64,000 nucleotides of DNA, from the NCBI GenBank assembly GCA_023213395.1, contig CM041465.1:246705741-246769740 (forward strand), written 5' to 3'. The notes beneath the pieces were generated by a model. The model saw only the letters and a program-made list of their open reading frames with translations, did not search any database and was not told the DNA's origin. Both the position numbers and the translations under genes were made by a program. Positions 1-15,000 of the stretch are shown piece after piece. The stretch comes from Cycas panzhihuaensis (Eukaryota > Plantae > Cycadophyta). Position 1 is the stretch's first letter, and the number at the start of each line of letters is the position of its first letter.

Positions 1-1252
1 GAGTACATTATGGACAAGTGATAAGAGATACGAAGCTTAAACATAGACATTTGATATGAGAATTTACCCTCCTTGCAAGAAAGGGCAAAGGTGAAAGGTT
101 AGTGAACAATCAAAGCAACTTCTCTAGAGACATAAGTAGGCCTACTTGTTTTTGTCATTAGAAATCATGGCTTTATTAGGTCTTTTTAAGACACGATCAT
201 GCTTGTCTTGAAGATCATACCACATTAACTAAGGATCATGGCTCTCATTCGTTTTATTAGCATTAAGATCATATGAGCTAAGCTTTATTATTTATATGTA
301 ACCATGCTCTCATTTCTTCTTGGTTCCATTTAAATAGCCTATAGATAACTTTGTCTATGGATGGTTCAATCATTTTGAAAATTTCACATGAACTACGTGA
401 TGCCTCTAGGAGGTGATTATTAAGCTAGTTCTGAAGGGCATCCTATTTGGTCTAAAAATTGGGCACATGGATGTTGGCAATCCCTAAAATAGCTTATTGC
501 CAATTTTCACAACTATTCATGGTGTCAAAGCTAACTAAGAATAGCACACCTATTCTTGGGGTCAAAACTAGACATCATTATCTTTTCATCTAGGGATGTC
601 TTAGTCAAAATGGCTATGACACCTTTAGCTTTAGTGTGCATGGTAGTGAACTACAAGTAATTAGTCCAAATATAAGATAAGTCAAATCTAAAATTACATT
701 CAATGTAGACACAAAATGTTAATCTTAGTTTTCCATCGTACAATGTTGTATGACTATATGGAAAATGAATTGGTTGACATTTTGATGAATTAAAATGATA
801 TAAAATTCATTGGAAATTGTTGAAATCAATGAGCATATGGTGTGTACCACCTATTCAATTTAGTGAATTTCAACTGTTGGTGCAAAAATCAAGGTTTGAT
901 TTAATTTAATATTTGGCTAACATTTAGGAGGAGTGGGGCTTAACTCGCTATGGGAAAAATATTAGCATTAGGCTATCATGTCAATATTTTCCTATAGTAA
1001 GATGAAATGGTCAACTTAAAGTTTGTATGCCACTTAGTTGCTACATTGATTGTGTATTGTTGGGTGGTCAGCCTTGGTGTGACTTCATCAACCTTGGCAA
1101 AGAATTTTGAGGTAAATCTTAGGACCCAGACCAACCCAAGATAGTTCAAATGATGGTAGGGTAAAGGCCCCTATGGCCTCTCTAAAGGAGATTGTTCAAC
1201 CTGTCATAATTTTTTAGGGAGTGAGCATAGAGTCAATCCATCTCCTTTTAGG

Positions 1253-4200
1253 TGTTAACAGTAATATCTAATTCTAGCTCATTCTTTTCCTTGAATTGAT
1301 TGATGAGCCACATTATGCAGGTTTTTTTTAGAGTTGTATTTCTATTATTGATCTCTCATGTGCAAGAGCATGCATAAGTTGTACCTTGATGTTTTTTTGC
1401 TTTACAACTTTGTTCTTTGCTCACACTTTCATTAATGTGACAGGTGGTCTTATTCTCATCAATTGATTGATGCGTGGAGAGTAGACTGAGCCATTGTATT
1501 CATTTGTGATCTAATGCAGGATTGTTTTTTGTAATCGTTGTGCAATTATGTTTGTGTCATTGCTCTCATTTACTTGTTGAATTTCAGTTTGATTCTCTCA
1601 TATTTCCAACATGGTGTTAGGGCCCATCGTTCATTAAGTGGGATTTTTTTGAGTTTCTTTCATACATTCTAGTTTATTAGTTCGATATTGTTGCAATGTA
1701 GATCTCTATTGATGATTCTTATAGCTTTCAAGTGAACTCACATGAGTTTTATCAGTGGAAAGGGTGTCAATTTTATTATAGGGGACTTTAAATCACTTGT
1801 TTTCGCAAATTCTTATTTGTGAGATTGTTGCAAACAATGTAAGGACCATTTGGCACTTATTTTTTCCTTTTGAACGAATTATTTTGGTTTGAACTTCTTT
1901 GAAAAAGCTAGAGAAATTGCACGATCCTTTAAAACCCTTTCTTGCTCTTAATCTGTAAATTTTGGCTTGTTTTTTTTTCTAATCTTTGTTGCAGATGTGT
2001 GAATTAGCTTGATATTTGTCAGAATCATCCTCTAGAAGAAGAAATTTTTTGCACGTTTGAAATTTTTTTGACTTAGTGTATCAAATGTTTTAATTTTTCA
2101 CTTTTCTAATGTTTTTAAGCGAAATTAAATTGCTTTGAAATCTTTTTGAAATCTCTGACTTTTGTTTTAACTCACTAGTCATGTAGTTAGGGCTTTAGAC
2201 TTTTCAGTGATTGCAGCTTCCAACATCATATTTTTTGTTGATCTTTCATTTAAGAAGTTTAAAATTGTAAAAAGACCTTGCAACCATTGAGTCTCTTTAT
2301 AAACTCATGCTTGTAGTCTTCGTCATGTGGATTAATTCTCACCATGTCTAGTGTAAACATTGTTGATTATGTCTTATTGGATGCACACAAACTTGATGGT
2401 GAGAACTATGTAATCTTAAAATTCAAAATTTTTAACATTTTGGCATTGAAAAAGCTAATGAAGATAGTTGAAGGGAAGGAACTAAAACTTGTTGCCTCCA
2501 CTTCAACTGCAATTGGATCAAACCACTCCAATTGTGATCAACAAGGATGTTAAAGATCGGGAAGATCATGATAGAGAAGCATTGGCTATCATTAGGCTTT
2601 CTGTTGCTGATGAATTCATCACTCATCATCAAGGAAAAACTTCATCGAAGGATGCATGAAATCAAGAATGAGACTAGAGTATTGTACCTCAAAAGCTTGT
2701 TTTATTCATACAAGTTGGCTATATCTCCTTGCATTTGCATAAGTTAATGGAGATTAAAGTTCAGTTGATTACAATAGGTGAGAAGTTTGAGAATATGGAG
2801 CTTGTGAGCTTTATTCTTAATAGCCTATACGAAAGCTATCATATCTTTGTAATTGGTTTATGTCTTGCTGAGAGCATTCAATCGTTTACTTTTGAGGAGC
2901 TTGCTAGACTTCTCTTCAATTAGGAGGAGCATATATTGGTAGCAACATTATCATGGCTTTGGCTTCTCAATTTACAAAGAAGCTCCAAATGAATGTTCCT
3001 AAGCAAACTCCACCTCTTTTTCATAATACAAGTGAATCCCATAACATGGATAAAAAAAATATCATATGCTCATATTGTAATAAAAAAAGGTCATCATGAA
3101 AAGAACTACTAGAAGAAGAAAGTAGTTAACAAGTTGAAAAAACTACTATTTTTTTTGCAGATGACAAAAAAATCTGTGTTCAGTGTTGTTTTTGGCACTA
3201 ATGGTACTTGGTACATTGATTCTAGTGCTTCAAACCATATTGATTTTTATAAAGAATATTTCATTGAACTCAAGGAAGGTCATAATCAAACCATTGTTCT
3301 AGGTGACAACAACCAACATAAAGTAGTCAACCAAGGTACAATTGTTCTTGATCAACTTGGCCATAAAATCAAAATCTCTAATGTGCTATATGTATTGTTA
3401 CTCAGACATAACTTGCTTTCTATAAGTTGTGGCTAAATTTAAGTTGAAGTTTAAGTTCAGTGTTATCAAATATGTGATTAAGGATGATGATTTTGTAATA
3501 GCTCAAGGAACTGAAGAGAATGACTTGTATAAATTCTTTGGTGCACCTGAGCATGGTTTTGTTGCAACCGCTTTTGATACTTTATGGCATGATTGTTTTA
3601 GTCACTTGAAGTATCATAGTCGTCAACTGTTGAATAAGTTAAAAATGGTGCATGATTCCCCTCGAGTACAAAAATATGATAAAATGTGTAGTGTATGTGC
3701 ATTTGGGAAACAACATAGAGAAAGATTTGTTAAATCCACTTGGAGGGTTAAAGACAAATTGGAGATAATTTATTTTGATTTGTGTGGACTATTTTAACCA
3801 GTCTCACTTGGAGGCATGAGATATGTCATGACATTCATTGATGACTTCACTAGAGAACTTAGGTTTACTACTTGAGGAATGCATTAGAGGCATTTATGAA
3901 GTTTAAGGAGTTCAAAATTGAAGTTGAAAATTTCTCTGGAAAGAAGATCAAGTTTTTGAGGAGCGATAATAGAGGCGAGTATTTGTTAATTGAATTCATT
4001 TATCACTATCTACAAGGATCATGACATTTGACGATAATTGCTTAACATTCTATACATCACAATAGAATGGTGTGTCTAAGAGGAAGAACCGCACCATTGT
4101 TGAGATGGTGAAATGATGTATGCTATAAGCCAAAGATGTCTCAAATGGTTTTTGGATGAAGCTGTGAATACATCATTTGTGTGCATTTTGAATAGAAAAT

Positions 4201-6351
4201 CTTTTGTTTGTAATCTTCAAGTCCTTGGTTGCACTGTTTTTGTTTATGTACCTAATGGAAAGTGGCAAAAGTTTAATGACAAAAGTCATAAGTGTATTCT
4301 TGTTGGGTAGAGTGAATCATCTAAGGCATATTGGCTTTGGGATCCCTTAGAGAGGAAGATGGTAATTAGTAGGGGATGTTTTATTTGATGAGTTTGATGA
4401 GAGAATTGTCTCTATTGTAAATGTTAATGGATAAAAATGAAAAGTGAAATTAAAGAAACGAGTGAAGAAATTCCTACAGATGTTTCATCTTTCTGCGCTC
4501 CTCATAAAAGTTACTCAAATGGTATACTCAAACCACAAAAGATTTCAAAGTTGGTGACACTAACACTAGTGTTGGTGTTGAGACATAGAGCAAGGTCAAT
4601 TTTGCCTTGATGTTTAATGTCTTAAACATTGATGACCTTGAGTCATTTGTTGAAGCTATGGATGCCACTCACTGGAAGTTAGCTATGTAGGAGTATGACT
4701 CTACTCTTAAGAATGACACACATAATTTTATTGAGCTCCCTTTAGGAAAGAAAGCTATTGGTTATAGATAGGTATATAAGGTGAGGTATCAATCTAATGG
4801 TGTGTTATAGATAGATACAAGGTTCGACTTGTGGCTTAGGGATATGCATAGATTGAAGGTGTGGACTGTGAGGAGACCTTTGCACCTATTGCCAAAATGA
4901 CCACTATCTGAATGTTGGTTAATCTTGCATCTCATTTTGGTTGGGAACTCTATCAAATGAATGTTAAGAGTACTTTGTTCCTGGCAATCTTGATGAGGAA
5001 GTTTATATACAATAGCCTGAAAGTTTTGTGCAAGTTGGCAAAGAGCATCTTATATGCAAGTTGAAGTAAGCCTTGTATGGATTTAAATAGGCACTGAGAA
5101 CATGTATTCACGCATTGATGAGTACTTCATCTCTTTTGGGTTCTCTAGATGTGAATCAGATAATAGTTTATACATTAAACATGAGGATGTTGATGATTTC
5201 ATTATCGCTGGTAACAACACTTCTTAGATCAACTATTTCAAGAAGCATCTTTTTGAAGTTTTCGAAATGTCTAATATTGGTCTTATACACTACTATCTTG
5301 GTATGGAATTTTGGTAGAAAGGTGACAACATTTTTGTTTCACAGTCTAAGTATGTTTATAGTCTTTTGAAACATTTTCATATGGAGAATTCAAAGCCAAT
5401 GGCTATCTCGATGAAAGTCAATGGTTACATCTATATGAGGTATGGTCAAGGGCACTATCAAATTTGGACCCTTGTTTTGTTATGGTTGAAGAGTTCAAAG
5501 TGCATGGCTATACCAACTTAGATTGGGTTGGAGATGTTGATGACAAGGAATTTACATTAGGATATGTGTTTGCTTCTAGTTTTGGTATGGTTTCTTGGTG
5601 TAGAAAGAAGCATGCTATTATTTCCTTGTCTTCTACAATAGAGTTTAAGGCAGTGGTTGTAGCTACTTGTGAGACAATCTGGCTGAGGAGATTGCTTGGT
5701 CATTATGAGCTTCTACAGCATGATCCTACAATATTGTTTTGCGACAATCAGGGTGCAACCTAGCTTTCAAAGAGTCTTGTCTTCCACGCTAGGACAAATC
5801 ATGTGGAAGTACATCATTTTATTTGGGAATAGGTGCAGTGTAGAGTAGTTGAGTTGGTTTATTGTCCAACTGAGGATCAACTTGTTGACATTCTCACTAA
5901 GGTTTTGAGTTGTAAGAAGTTTAAGAGGTTGAAAAGGCTCTTATTTGTGAAAGATAGTGAATTACACGTTATGGGGGGATGTTAAAAATAATGTTTAATT
6001 CTAGTTCATTCTTTTTTTTGAGTTGGTTGGTGAGCCACATTGGGCAAGTTCTTTCGAGAGTTGTATTTGTATTATTGATTTCTCACATGTAAGAGGATGC
6101 ATGAGTTGTACCTTGATGTTTCCTTGCTTTACAGCATAATTCTTTGCTCGCACTCTCATTAATATGAGGAGTGGTCTTGCTCATATCAATTAATTAAATT
6201 GATTGACTGATGCATGGAGAGTACATTGAGTCATTGTATTCATTTGTAATCTAATGCAAGGTTATTTTTTGTAATTATTGGGCAATTGTGTTTATGTCAT
6301 TGCTCTTATTTACTTACTAAATTTTAGTCTAACTCTCTCATATTTCTATCA
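1253..6351 (+). mobile_element. Ty1/copia LTR retrotransposon (Copia-1), structurally complete, coding region decayed
   Basis: LTRs 1253-1611 and 5980-6351 (TG..CA, clearly homologous but diverged); TSD TTAGG at 1248-1252 and 6352-6356; degenerate Met PBS TGGTGTTAGGGCC at 1612; PPT ATGGGGGGA 5971-5979; gag-PR-IN-RT-RH order. Confidence 0.95.
2344..5960 (+). pseudogene. Copia-1 gag-pol, many stops/frameshifts
   Basis: KLDGENY (gag), WYIDSSASNH (protease), LWHDCFSHL..CSVCAFGKQHR (integrase Zn finger), YTNLDWVGDVDD..ILFCDNQGA (RNase H). Confidence 0.9.
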
Positions 6352-8032
6352 TTAGGCATTATCATGATTATTCAAGCCACTTAGAGGTTGAGGCTTTTAT
6401 GGTTTCATCTTAGCATGTATTGTGCAACAACGTGCCTCCACCTTTTCTAGGAATTACCCCTACCTGGCTAAGGGTGGAGATCCCTAAGGGCCTTATTATA
6501 TGTTGTACACAAGGGCTTAGTTCAATAATAACTTAGTTGGAATAATAGTTAGGGTTTGACTCACAAACACCTAGGACGTACCATGGGAACTTTGAGATAG
6601 CATCAAGTTGAAAAACAAGGCTATTCTTTAACACAATTGCTTTAAATTTCTCATGCAAGGCAACATTCACTCCTAGGATATCAGTTGAGTGGAAATGTGT
6701 TTGAAATTAGGGTGCAAATCTGAAGTCTTGCTTATAAACTTTGAAATCAAAATATATCAAATACGACCTAATTAAATTTTTGTTTAATTTTATTGTTTTT
6801 GCTTTTTGTTTTGTGCATGTGTGTGATTTGGCAAACATTATTAACAAAAATAAACATAAAAATACAGATAAACTACAATTCAATCTTCAAACTCCTGTTC
6901 AATTTACCTAAATGCAATCTAATTTTTTCATTTTCCTAGCATGAAATTCCCATTTCATTTTTTCAAAAGGTAAATGCAAATGAAAAATGCAACTTAAACA
7001 CCCTCCACCCATCATTTTTAACATGAAATGTCTCATTTTTATTAAAATATGTGTTTACCTCCTTTTCTTGAATTTTAAACAAAGAAATAAATGAAATAAG
7101 ATATAAAATTAAAGTCTTTCTTAACTTTCAAAGCAAAATATTTGTTTGTTAAAAAGCAATATAGATCCCAACAAGTTTTGAACATATGACCTATTCATGT
7201 AAAGTTCTTTCAAGTTCCTTGGCTAGTCACTAAACCAACACGTAACTTGTTTAAATAATCTTCTTTCATTTTTACTATTCACTTTGTTGTGCAAAAGCAT
7301 GAAGTAGTGGGATGTGGTAAAGGGGGCTTTGAAGCCAAGGCCTCTCTTATCTAAAACTCTTAGCTTCTTCCTTGCCCAACCAACCTACCCTATGATCAAA
7401 TGTTGAATGAGAAATGAAACCTAAAATTACACAATTTTTTAACCTTTCTTTTTATCTTTTATCTTTTTTGTTTTGTTTAAATGCCAAAAGAGATGTTAGG
7501 CTTAGTGGGGTTTGACCTTATAACATATAATTTCAAAGCTTTACAGATACTTGCGCTAGCCATTAAGTTCATTCTAAGTTGTTGAAAACAAATATTTTTC
7601 TATTTTATTTATATTAACTTGTTATGGTTTCACAAAAAGGAATATTTTAATCTAAAGGGATTTTGGCTTTCATGGGAGTAGAACCCTTAACCTATCATGC
7701 TAAATTCTTAATGAAAATACTCACATAACCAACATGCCTAAGTTTTAGCTATTAATTAAAACTTTGTCTTCTATTTGTTTTATGGTTTTGTGATGTAGAT
7801 GGAGAAAATGTGTTTGGGATTAAAAATATGTTTTTCGCAGGTTCTAAACCCTAAATGCCCACTTGCAATGTTTGTATCCCTCTTCTAGTTAAGTTTATTC
7901 ACAAGAAATCATTGATGATGTTTGGATTTCAAAAAGTGGTCATGTTTAGTTCATTTCTTTGGCTTCTTAATTATTGCCTTCTACACTCTAAATTGCCTTT
8001 TACACACTTATACGAGGACCAATTGTGTGAAG

Positions 8033-8166
8033 TCAACAACAAATATGATAACACTAAGTTAGAGTGGACGAGCTTGTCATGAGGTTGTGATGGTCATATT
8101 CAACAACAAATATGATAACACTAAGTTAGAGTGGACGAGCTTGTCATGAGGTTGTGATGGTCATAT
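8033..8166. repeat. Perfect 67-bp tandem duplication
   Basis: TCAACAACAAATATGATAACAC...GGTCATAT at 8033-8099 and 8100-8166, identical by eye. Confidence 0.95.
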
Positions 8167-9034
8167 GGGTTAGATTAAGTGTTGATAATGAAAGCAATAA
8201 CATGTGAGTGGGAAGCCACAAGACACAAATGTACGTCACTGGGAAAGAAGAACATGTTAAAATCTAGAGACTAAGGCTAATAATCATTGGTACTGGAGAG
8301 GTGAATGAGGAACCCCTAATTGAAGCAATGATGGATGACTGCAATGTGTTGGTAGGTTTGAGACGTTTTGATTTGGGTATCGTGTAGACTTGTTGGGCAT
8401 GCGTAAGAGTAGAGGACATGGCATGACTTGGTGACATTTAAAGAGAGATCATCAATACCAAAGGGTGGAGAAGTGAACTCAATGCATATTGTGATATAAA
8501 TTTAAACTTAATTGACTCAATTATTAAAGAGTTAACTATCAAAATTGCATTCAGAAGGTGTTGAAATTGATGAAACATAGATAAAAGATGGGTTCAATTG
8601 TTAAAGATGTCAAAAATTCAAACATTGAATCATAGGAAAGGGGTAGTTATTAGAATGGCTTGTGGTTCACTTAGTGGAAGAGGATTATGCTTTGATGCTT
8701 TTAAACCATTCACAAATTAGCACAATTCATGATTACATCTGTCGTATGTGATTTATCTACCATATTTTGTGTAAAAATGGCAGTTTAAAGACCAACAAAG
8801 ATTGCATAAATGATCACATAGATGATAGAAGAACTTGTCATTTTGTTTTTTATGGTGCATTGATCATCAATTTTTTTATCTACTAGGATGCAATAGGGAA
8901 TGTCAATTGATGAAAATTGTCATAAACAAAATTGTATTTTGACTAGATGATGCGTGTGGTAGTAGGTTTATAGGGCTTGGATATTAACACATGTTATGTG
9001 ATTGATGGTGACTTGCGAGATAGAAGAAAGTAGA

Positions 9035-12000
9035 TGTTGACATGGCCAAAAGGCCTATGAAACCCAAGATCTAGGAGATAGATTCACTCTAGTTTTAAAA
9101 AACAAATAATCTAGATTAACAATGAAAGTGAGATTAACGTAAGCAAGATCAAAGCACAAAGAGTGAGAGCGATAACAAATGTGAGGAGTTGGAATTGGTC
9201 CAACCTTCAAATAAATAGCAATTTGATTAGCAAACTGACAGCATAACAATACAACTCCAACTCTATATGAGAACCATGAGAAGGGTTCTCAATATATAGA
9301 GTGAAAGAAGAGACCTAAGGCATTGGATCATGTGTCCTTTTGGGCTCTCAAGTGAGCAAAAGTGCATGGGGGTCCATTTGATCCTTAAGTGACAATGTTG
9401 TGTCATTAGGAAAGTGTGCACTTTATCACTTAAGTGATAAGTCATCCCATAAAGTATAAAAGTATAAATAATACATGAAAAATAAAGTACATAGGTTTAA
9501 CATGTAAACATAAGGTTTAACACCGCCCCCCCCCCTTACTGTTTACAATGTTAAGTTAGACCCCTAGACCATCTCTAAGTTTTATAAAATTTTTTCTACC
9601 AAGTGGCTTGGTAAAGATATTTGTTGTCTGCTGCTCTGTAGCTCTATACTGGAGGTTGATCTCACCGCTCTGCACATGCTCTTTGATAAAGTGATGATGA
9701 ACCTCAATATGTTTGGTCCTTGCATGAAAAACATGATTCTTGGCCAACTTGAGCACATTTTGATTGTCGCAATATATCCTGGTGGGGTGATCCTGGTTAA
9801 GTCCAAGCTCTCCAAGAATTCGTCGTAGTCAGATAGCTTCACAAGCTGCGCTGACTCCAGCTTTGTACTCTGCTTCGATGGAAGACAAGGTAACATTGGT
9901 TTGCTTTTTGCAACTCTACAAAACAACTGTTGAACCAAGGGTAAACAATAATTCGAGGTTGATCTCCTACTATCCTGGCAACCTGCCCAATTAGAATCTG
10001 AGAATCCTTTTAGAGTGAAGTTCTCATCATGTGCATACTCAAGGCCATACTGCAATGTGCCTTTGATGTATTTGAGTATGCGTTTGGTTGCATTTCAATG
10101 CTTCTGATTGGTTTGAGACATGTATTTAGAACAAATATTCGGGCGAGTGTTGGTGAGATAGATGAGGCTCTCAATCAATTGTCGATTAAGAGTGGGGTCT
10201 GTTGGTTCAACTTCCTCATTGAGAGTAAGTTTTGTTCCCTTCTCTATGGGTGTAGGCGATGGTTTGTAGTCATGCATCCTGAACCGCTGCAAAATGTCCC
10301 AAGAATATTTGGCTTGGGAGATGAAGATATAGTTTGGCTGTTGTCATACTTCAAAGCCTAAGAAATAATGGAGAAGTCCAAGATCTGTCATTTCAAAACT
10401 CCTCTTCAAGTCATCCTGGAGAATCTGTACCATCTTACTGTCATTACCAATGATCACTAAGTCATCAACATACAAGACAATGAAGATAACATGGTCTTTC
10501 CCAACTTTGATGTGCAAGTTAGGATCTGAAGTAGATCAATGATACCTATGTCTCAAAAAGTAATCATTAATCTTTGAGTACCATGCTCTTGGAGCTTGTT
10601 TCAAACCATACAACGCCTTTTTTAGGTGACAAACTAAGTGCTCTTTGCCTTGTACTTTGTAACCAGGAGGTTGTTCCAAGTATACCTCCTCTTGAAGATC
10701 GCCATTGAGAAAGGTGCTCTTCACGTCCATCTGATAAACCGGCCATTTGCATTGAATTGCTAAGGCCAAGATGAGTTTGATGGTGTTTATATTGGCGACA
10801 GGTGCAAAAGTCTCCTCATAATATATGCCTTCTTTATGTTTGAAGCCTTTTGCAACAAGGTGAGCCTTTTGGCACTTAAGTATACCATCAGAATGGAATT
10901 TGGTCTTGTAGACCTATTTGCAATTGATTGCATGCTTGTGTTTAGGCAATTCAACTAAATCCCAAGTTCCATTCTTTTCAATAAAATGGATTTCTTCATC
11001 CATGGCAACCTTCCAATTTTCATTTTTATAAGCCTTCTCAAAAGTTGAAGGTTCATCAACACAAAGCACTTCAGCCATAAGTGCATAATTGGTTTGCTGC
11101 CTATATTTTGATGGACATTTTTCTTCAACAATCTGGCTATCCTGTACTGTTTGAGTATACCATTTGGGCAATTTTTTGATTGATATAACTTGAACCTCAA
11201 GATCTTCTAGTCTAAGTCGTTGATCAGCAGAAGATGTACTAGGATCAAGTGGAGTTGATTTTGATGATGTGGATGGTCCAACATGTGCAGATGATGTGCT
11301 TGGAGTTGAAGATTGAGAGGGAAGGAAAGCCTCAACAATCTCTTTGCCTTTGTCAATAGGAGGTGGATGGATGTTGAATCCAACTCCTTGTGATCTTCTT
11401 TAGCAAAGATTACATCTCTTGAGAGATGCATTTTCTTTCCAATGGGATCATACAACTTGTTGGCTTTGTTATGAATGGCATAACCAACAAAGATGCATTT
11501 TAGACTATGCTTGTCTAATTTAGTTCTTTGTTGATCGGGGATGTGCATATAAGTAGTGCACCCAATAGTCCTCAAATGACTGACAATTGGCTTTTTGCCA
11601 AACCATGCCTCCTCTGGTGTGATGTCGGTGACTACTGATGTTGGATTCCGATTTGCCACATAGGTAGCTATGCAGATTGCCTCTGTCCAGTAAGCTCAGG
11701 GAGTCTCTTTACATGCATCATTTCTTTGGCTTTGTTAGCCAAAGTTCTATTCATCCTTTTAGAGACTCCATTTTGTTGAGGAGTATGAGGAATAGTAAAC
11801 TGTCTCCGAATGCCATTATCCTTGCAGAATTGGGTGAATTCTTTTGAAGTGAATTCACCTCCATTGTTTGACCTTAGAATTTTGATTGAATGGTCAGACT
11901 CGTTCTCCACTTCAAGCTTGAGTTCCTTGAACTTTTGGAATGCTTCAGACTTGTGTTTGATGAAGGAGAAATCATCAATGAAGGAGATGTAATACAAAGC

Positions 12001-15000
12001 TCCTCCAAAGGTTGTGGTGGACATAGGTCCACACAAATTCAAATGTATCAACTGCAAAGGATACGATGCACGCCAAACTTTGCCTTTAGGGAAAGGCAAG
12101 CGATGTTGTGTTCCCATTATACATGCTTCACAAAGATATTTTGAGCCATATATCTTTGGAAGCCCATGCACCATATTGTTGTTCACCATCTGCTTGAGAT
12201 TGTCTAAGCTCAAGTGGCCTAGACGTTGATGCCAAAGTTGCATCTTGGACAAAGATTGAGTGACAATGGAACCCGTGTAAGCAGAATCAAGTATTATATT
12301 ATTAACATCCAACTTGTAAAGGCCATGATCTTCATATCCAATAGCCACTACCTGATCATTCTTGTCACTTATTACACATTTCCCATTTTTGAACAAAATG
12401 CTCATTTGTTGCTTGTCTAATTTGCTAACAGATAGCAAACTCTTCTCCATGGAAGGTATGGAATAGGCATTTCCATTAGGAAATGTGGATGAAATATTGG
12501 AAAGAGAATGAAATGGGGCAATTGTGCTTATGCTAGAAATCTTAACTGACTCATTGTTGTCGGAGGTCACTGATTGCCCTTTTCCTTCCTTGATGTCACA
12601 AAGGAGCTCTTCACTTTCAGTCATGTGTTGAGTAGCCGCTGAGTCAATGATCCAAGTTTGATCAACCTTGGATGTATGATAAGCACAAAATAATTTGTCC
12701 TCATCTGCAAATTGATTGAAGTGGCCTTGATTGCCACCTCTAAAGCCCCCCTTCCTCTTTGACCTCCTTGATAGGTACCTCGATTTGGTCGAGGGGGTTG
12801 CTGTTGTTACTGTTGGAATTGTTGACGTGGTTGCTACATCTACGTCTTTGTTGGCGTGGTTCTTGTTGTTCTTTGTCGTATGTGCTAGAGATTGGCTTGT
12901 TTCTTTTTACAATCAGAAGCGATGTGGCCCACTTTGCCACAATAATAACAGATAACATTGGTCTTTGAAGAACCAATGTTCATGTTCTCAAATTGCTTTG
13001 AGAGTGTTGATTTAGGATTTTGCTTGGCCTTTGATTTGGCCGTGAAAGCTCCTGAAGTGGATGGTTCATCATCATCGTCCTTGATATAAGTCTGCTCCTC
13101 TTGAAGCAACAAGCTTTCAAGTTCATTGAAAGACATTCTTTTAAGTGAACCATCTCATGTAGTGGATGATATAAATCCATTGTAATCCTTAGGCAATCCT
13201 TTAACAATTGTTGTTACAAGCTCGTCCCTAGAAGTAGGTTGATCCAATGTATTCAATTCATTACATATCTCTTTGATGGAGAAAAGAAAAGCCGACATAG
13301 GGTTGACAAATTTTAAAGAATACAACTTGGCTTTTACCATCAAAATGCGAGTTTCATCTCACCTTTCATACAAAGATGACAAAATATTCCATGCTTCCTT
13401 AGAAGTTTTTGCATACACAATATTCTGGTCAACATGAACATCAATAATCATATGTAAAAATGTCAAAGCAATTTCATCTTTGGCTTTCCAGGTAGCTACA
13501 CAAACAAGATCAGGATGAACAATAACACCATAATCATTGACAGGTATAAGTTGAGGTATTCCTTCAGAAACATAACCCTAAAATTCGTTCATTATTAAGA
13601 GGTTTTGTGTGATCCTTTTCTATTCTTGATAGTTATCTTGTCCTGTTAATCTGATGGTACATGCATTTAGCATATTTATTGTAGCCATGTTGAAGTTGTA
13701 AGGCTTGAAGCTAGCAGATAACTTGGAAACTCAAAGTTTTCGTCGTTTAAGTTCCACCTTTTAACTAAACCAACAGTTTTGATCTTACTAGGAGATGCAA
13801 CAATTGAGTGGAGTGATGAGGGGTGGAGGACTAGGCTAAAGGGTTGGTCCAATCCTGATCTATAGAGGAGATCCAATAGTTGGCCAAGTTAAATCTAGGA
13901 CAAGGCAGGTAGAGTTGATCTGCATGGACGTGCCATGCTTTCCTTGAGATTCACAATCCCAATAACATCTTTTTCGAACCTCCTTTTTTTAAGCAATCTT
14001 AATTGTCGTGTACTAATCGTACAGTCAGTTGGTCTCCTAGGGAATGTACCAAGTTTAAGGTTATTTCAGAGGCAATGTTTGAACCTTTTTTGGGTCTCTC
14101 TTACTTGATTTTAAAGTCACTTTTTAGAAGATTGTGGACTTAGAGTTTATTTTACTTAGATGATGTAGATGCTTGATTAAGCTTACAATGAAAAGAGCTT
14201 CAAAAGAAAACAAACAAGTACATCAAAATGAACACTTTGTTTTACAAGAGCATTTTATGGAGTGAAGTAGTGCTATCAAATCCAAGTAAAAGAGTGTTTG
14301 AGTACAATGTCAAAAATGTTTGAGAAAGTAAGCACTTAAAGAAGATGTTAAGTATTTCAATGAAAGTAAGCGAAGTCTTGTGATGAAAAATGCAAGTGGG
14401 TTCCTTTTAGTGCTGAAGATAAAATGAGGAAGATCACTTGTAAGATGAAGACGGCAAGCACCAAGTGTTGGGACTTTAAAATAGTCCCAACGATCAACAA
14501 AATAAGTGATTTTATTAAGTAACAAGCTTTCTTTGAGCCCTTTTTGTGACTAAGAGTAATAGGTTACCATGCAAGGTGTCTTAGAAAGAGTGTTGAAATA
14601 GTCATAAAGATCACTTTGACAAAGTATCAACACCTCAAAATCACTTTTATCAATGCTTTCTAACACTTGTAAACATGAAATAAGTGTTAAATAAGGTTTA
14701 ACATGCCAAAAAACAAATGCTGAAATTCAATTTTTTTGCAACTTTGAACAACAAGGATATCATGCAAGAAGCCTTAATAAGCACTTTAATCAAGTATTTG
14801 TAATCCCTAAAGATGAGAGAGTGACTTGACATCAATGATTTAATGAGATCACAAAATATTTAAGAAGATTTTTAGCTTTAAAAAAGCGATTTTTTTTTTT
14901 TTTTAAAAAGAAAATTAAGCTGAAAGGTCACCATGCAAGGTGCCTTTAATGAAAAATAGTTTAAATGAAAAACATATCACCTTTAATGTGAGAAATCACT

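Noticed and set aside
560-670. Plant-mobile-domain-like peptide on the minus strand (HYHAH..FD*DIPR)
   Set aside because: Too short and stop-ridden to support without a profile search
8033-8166. CRISPR-like repeats
   Set aside because: Only two adjacent copies, no spacers, eukaryotic context
8170-9034. Possible transposase or accessory ORF remnant
   Set aside because: No diagnostic motif recognisable in the frames I read
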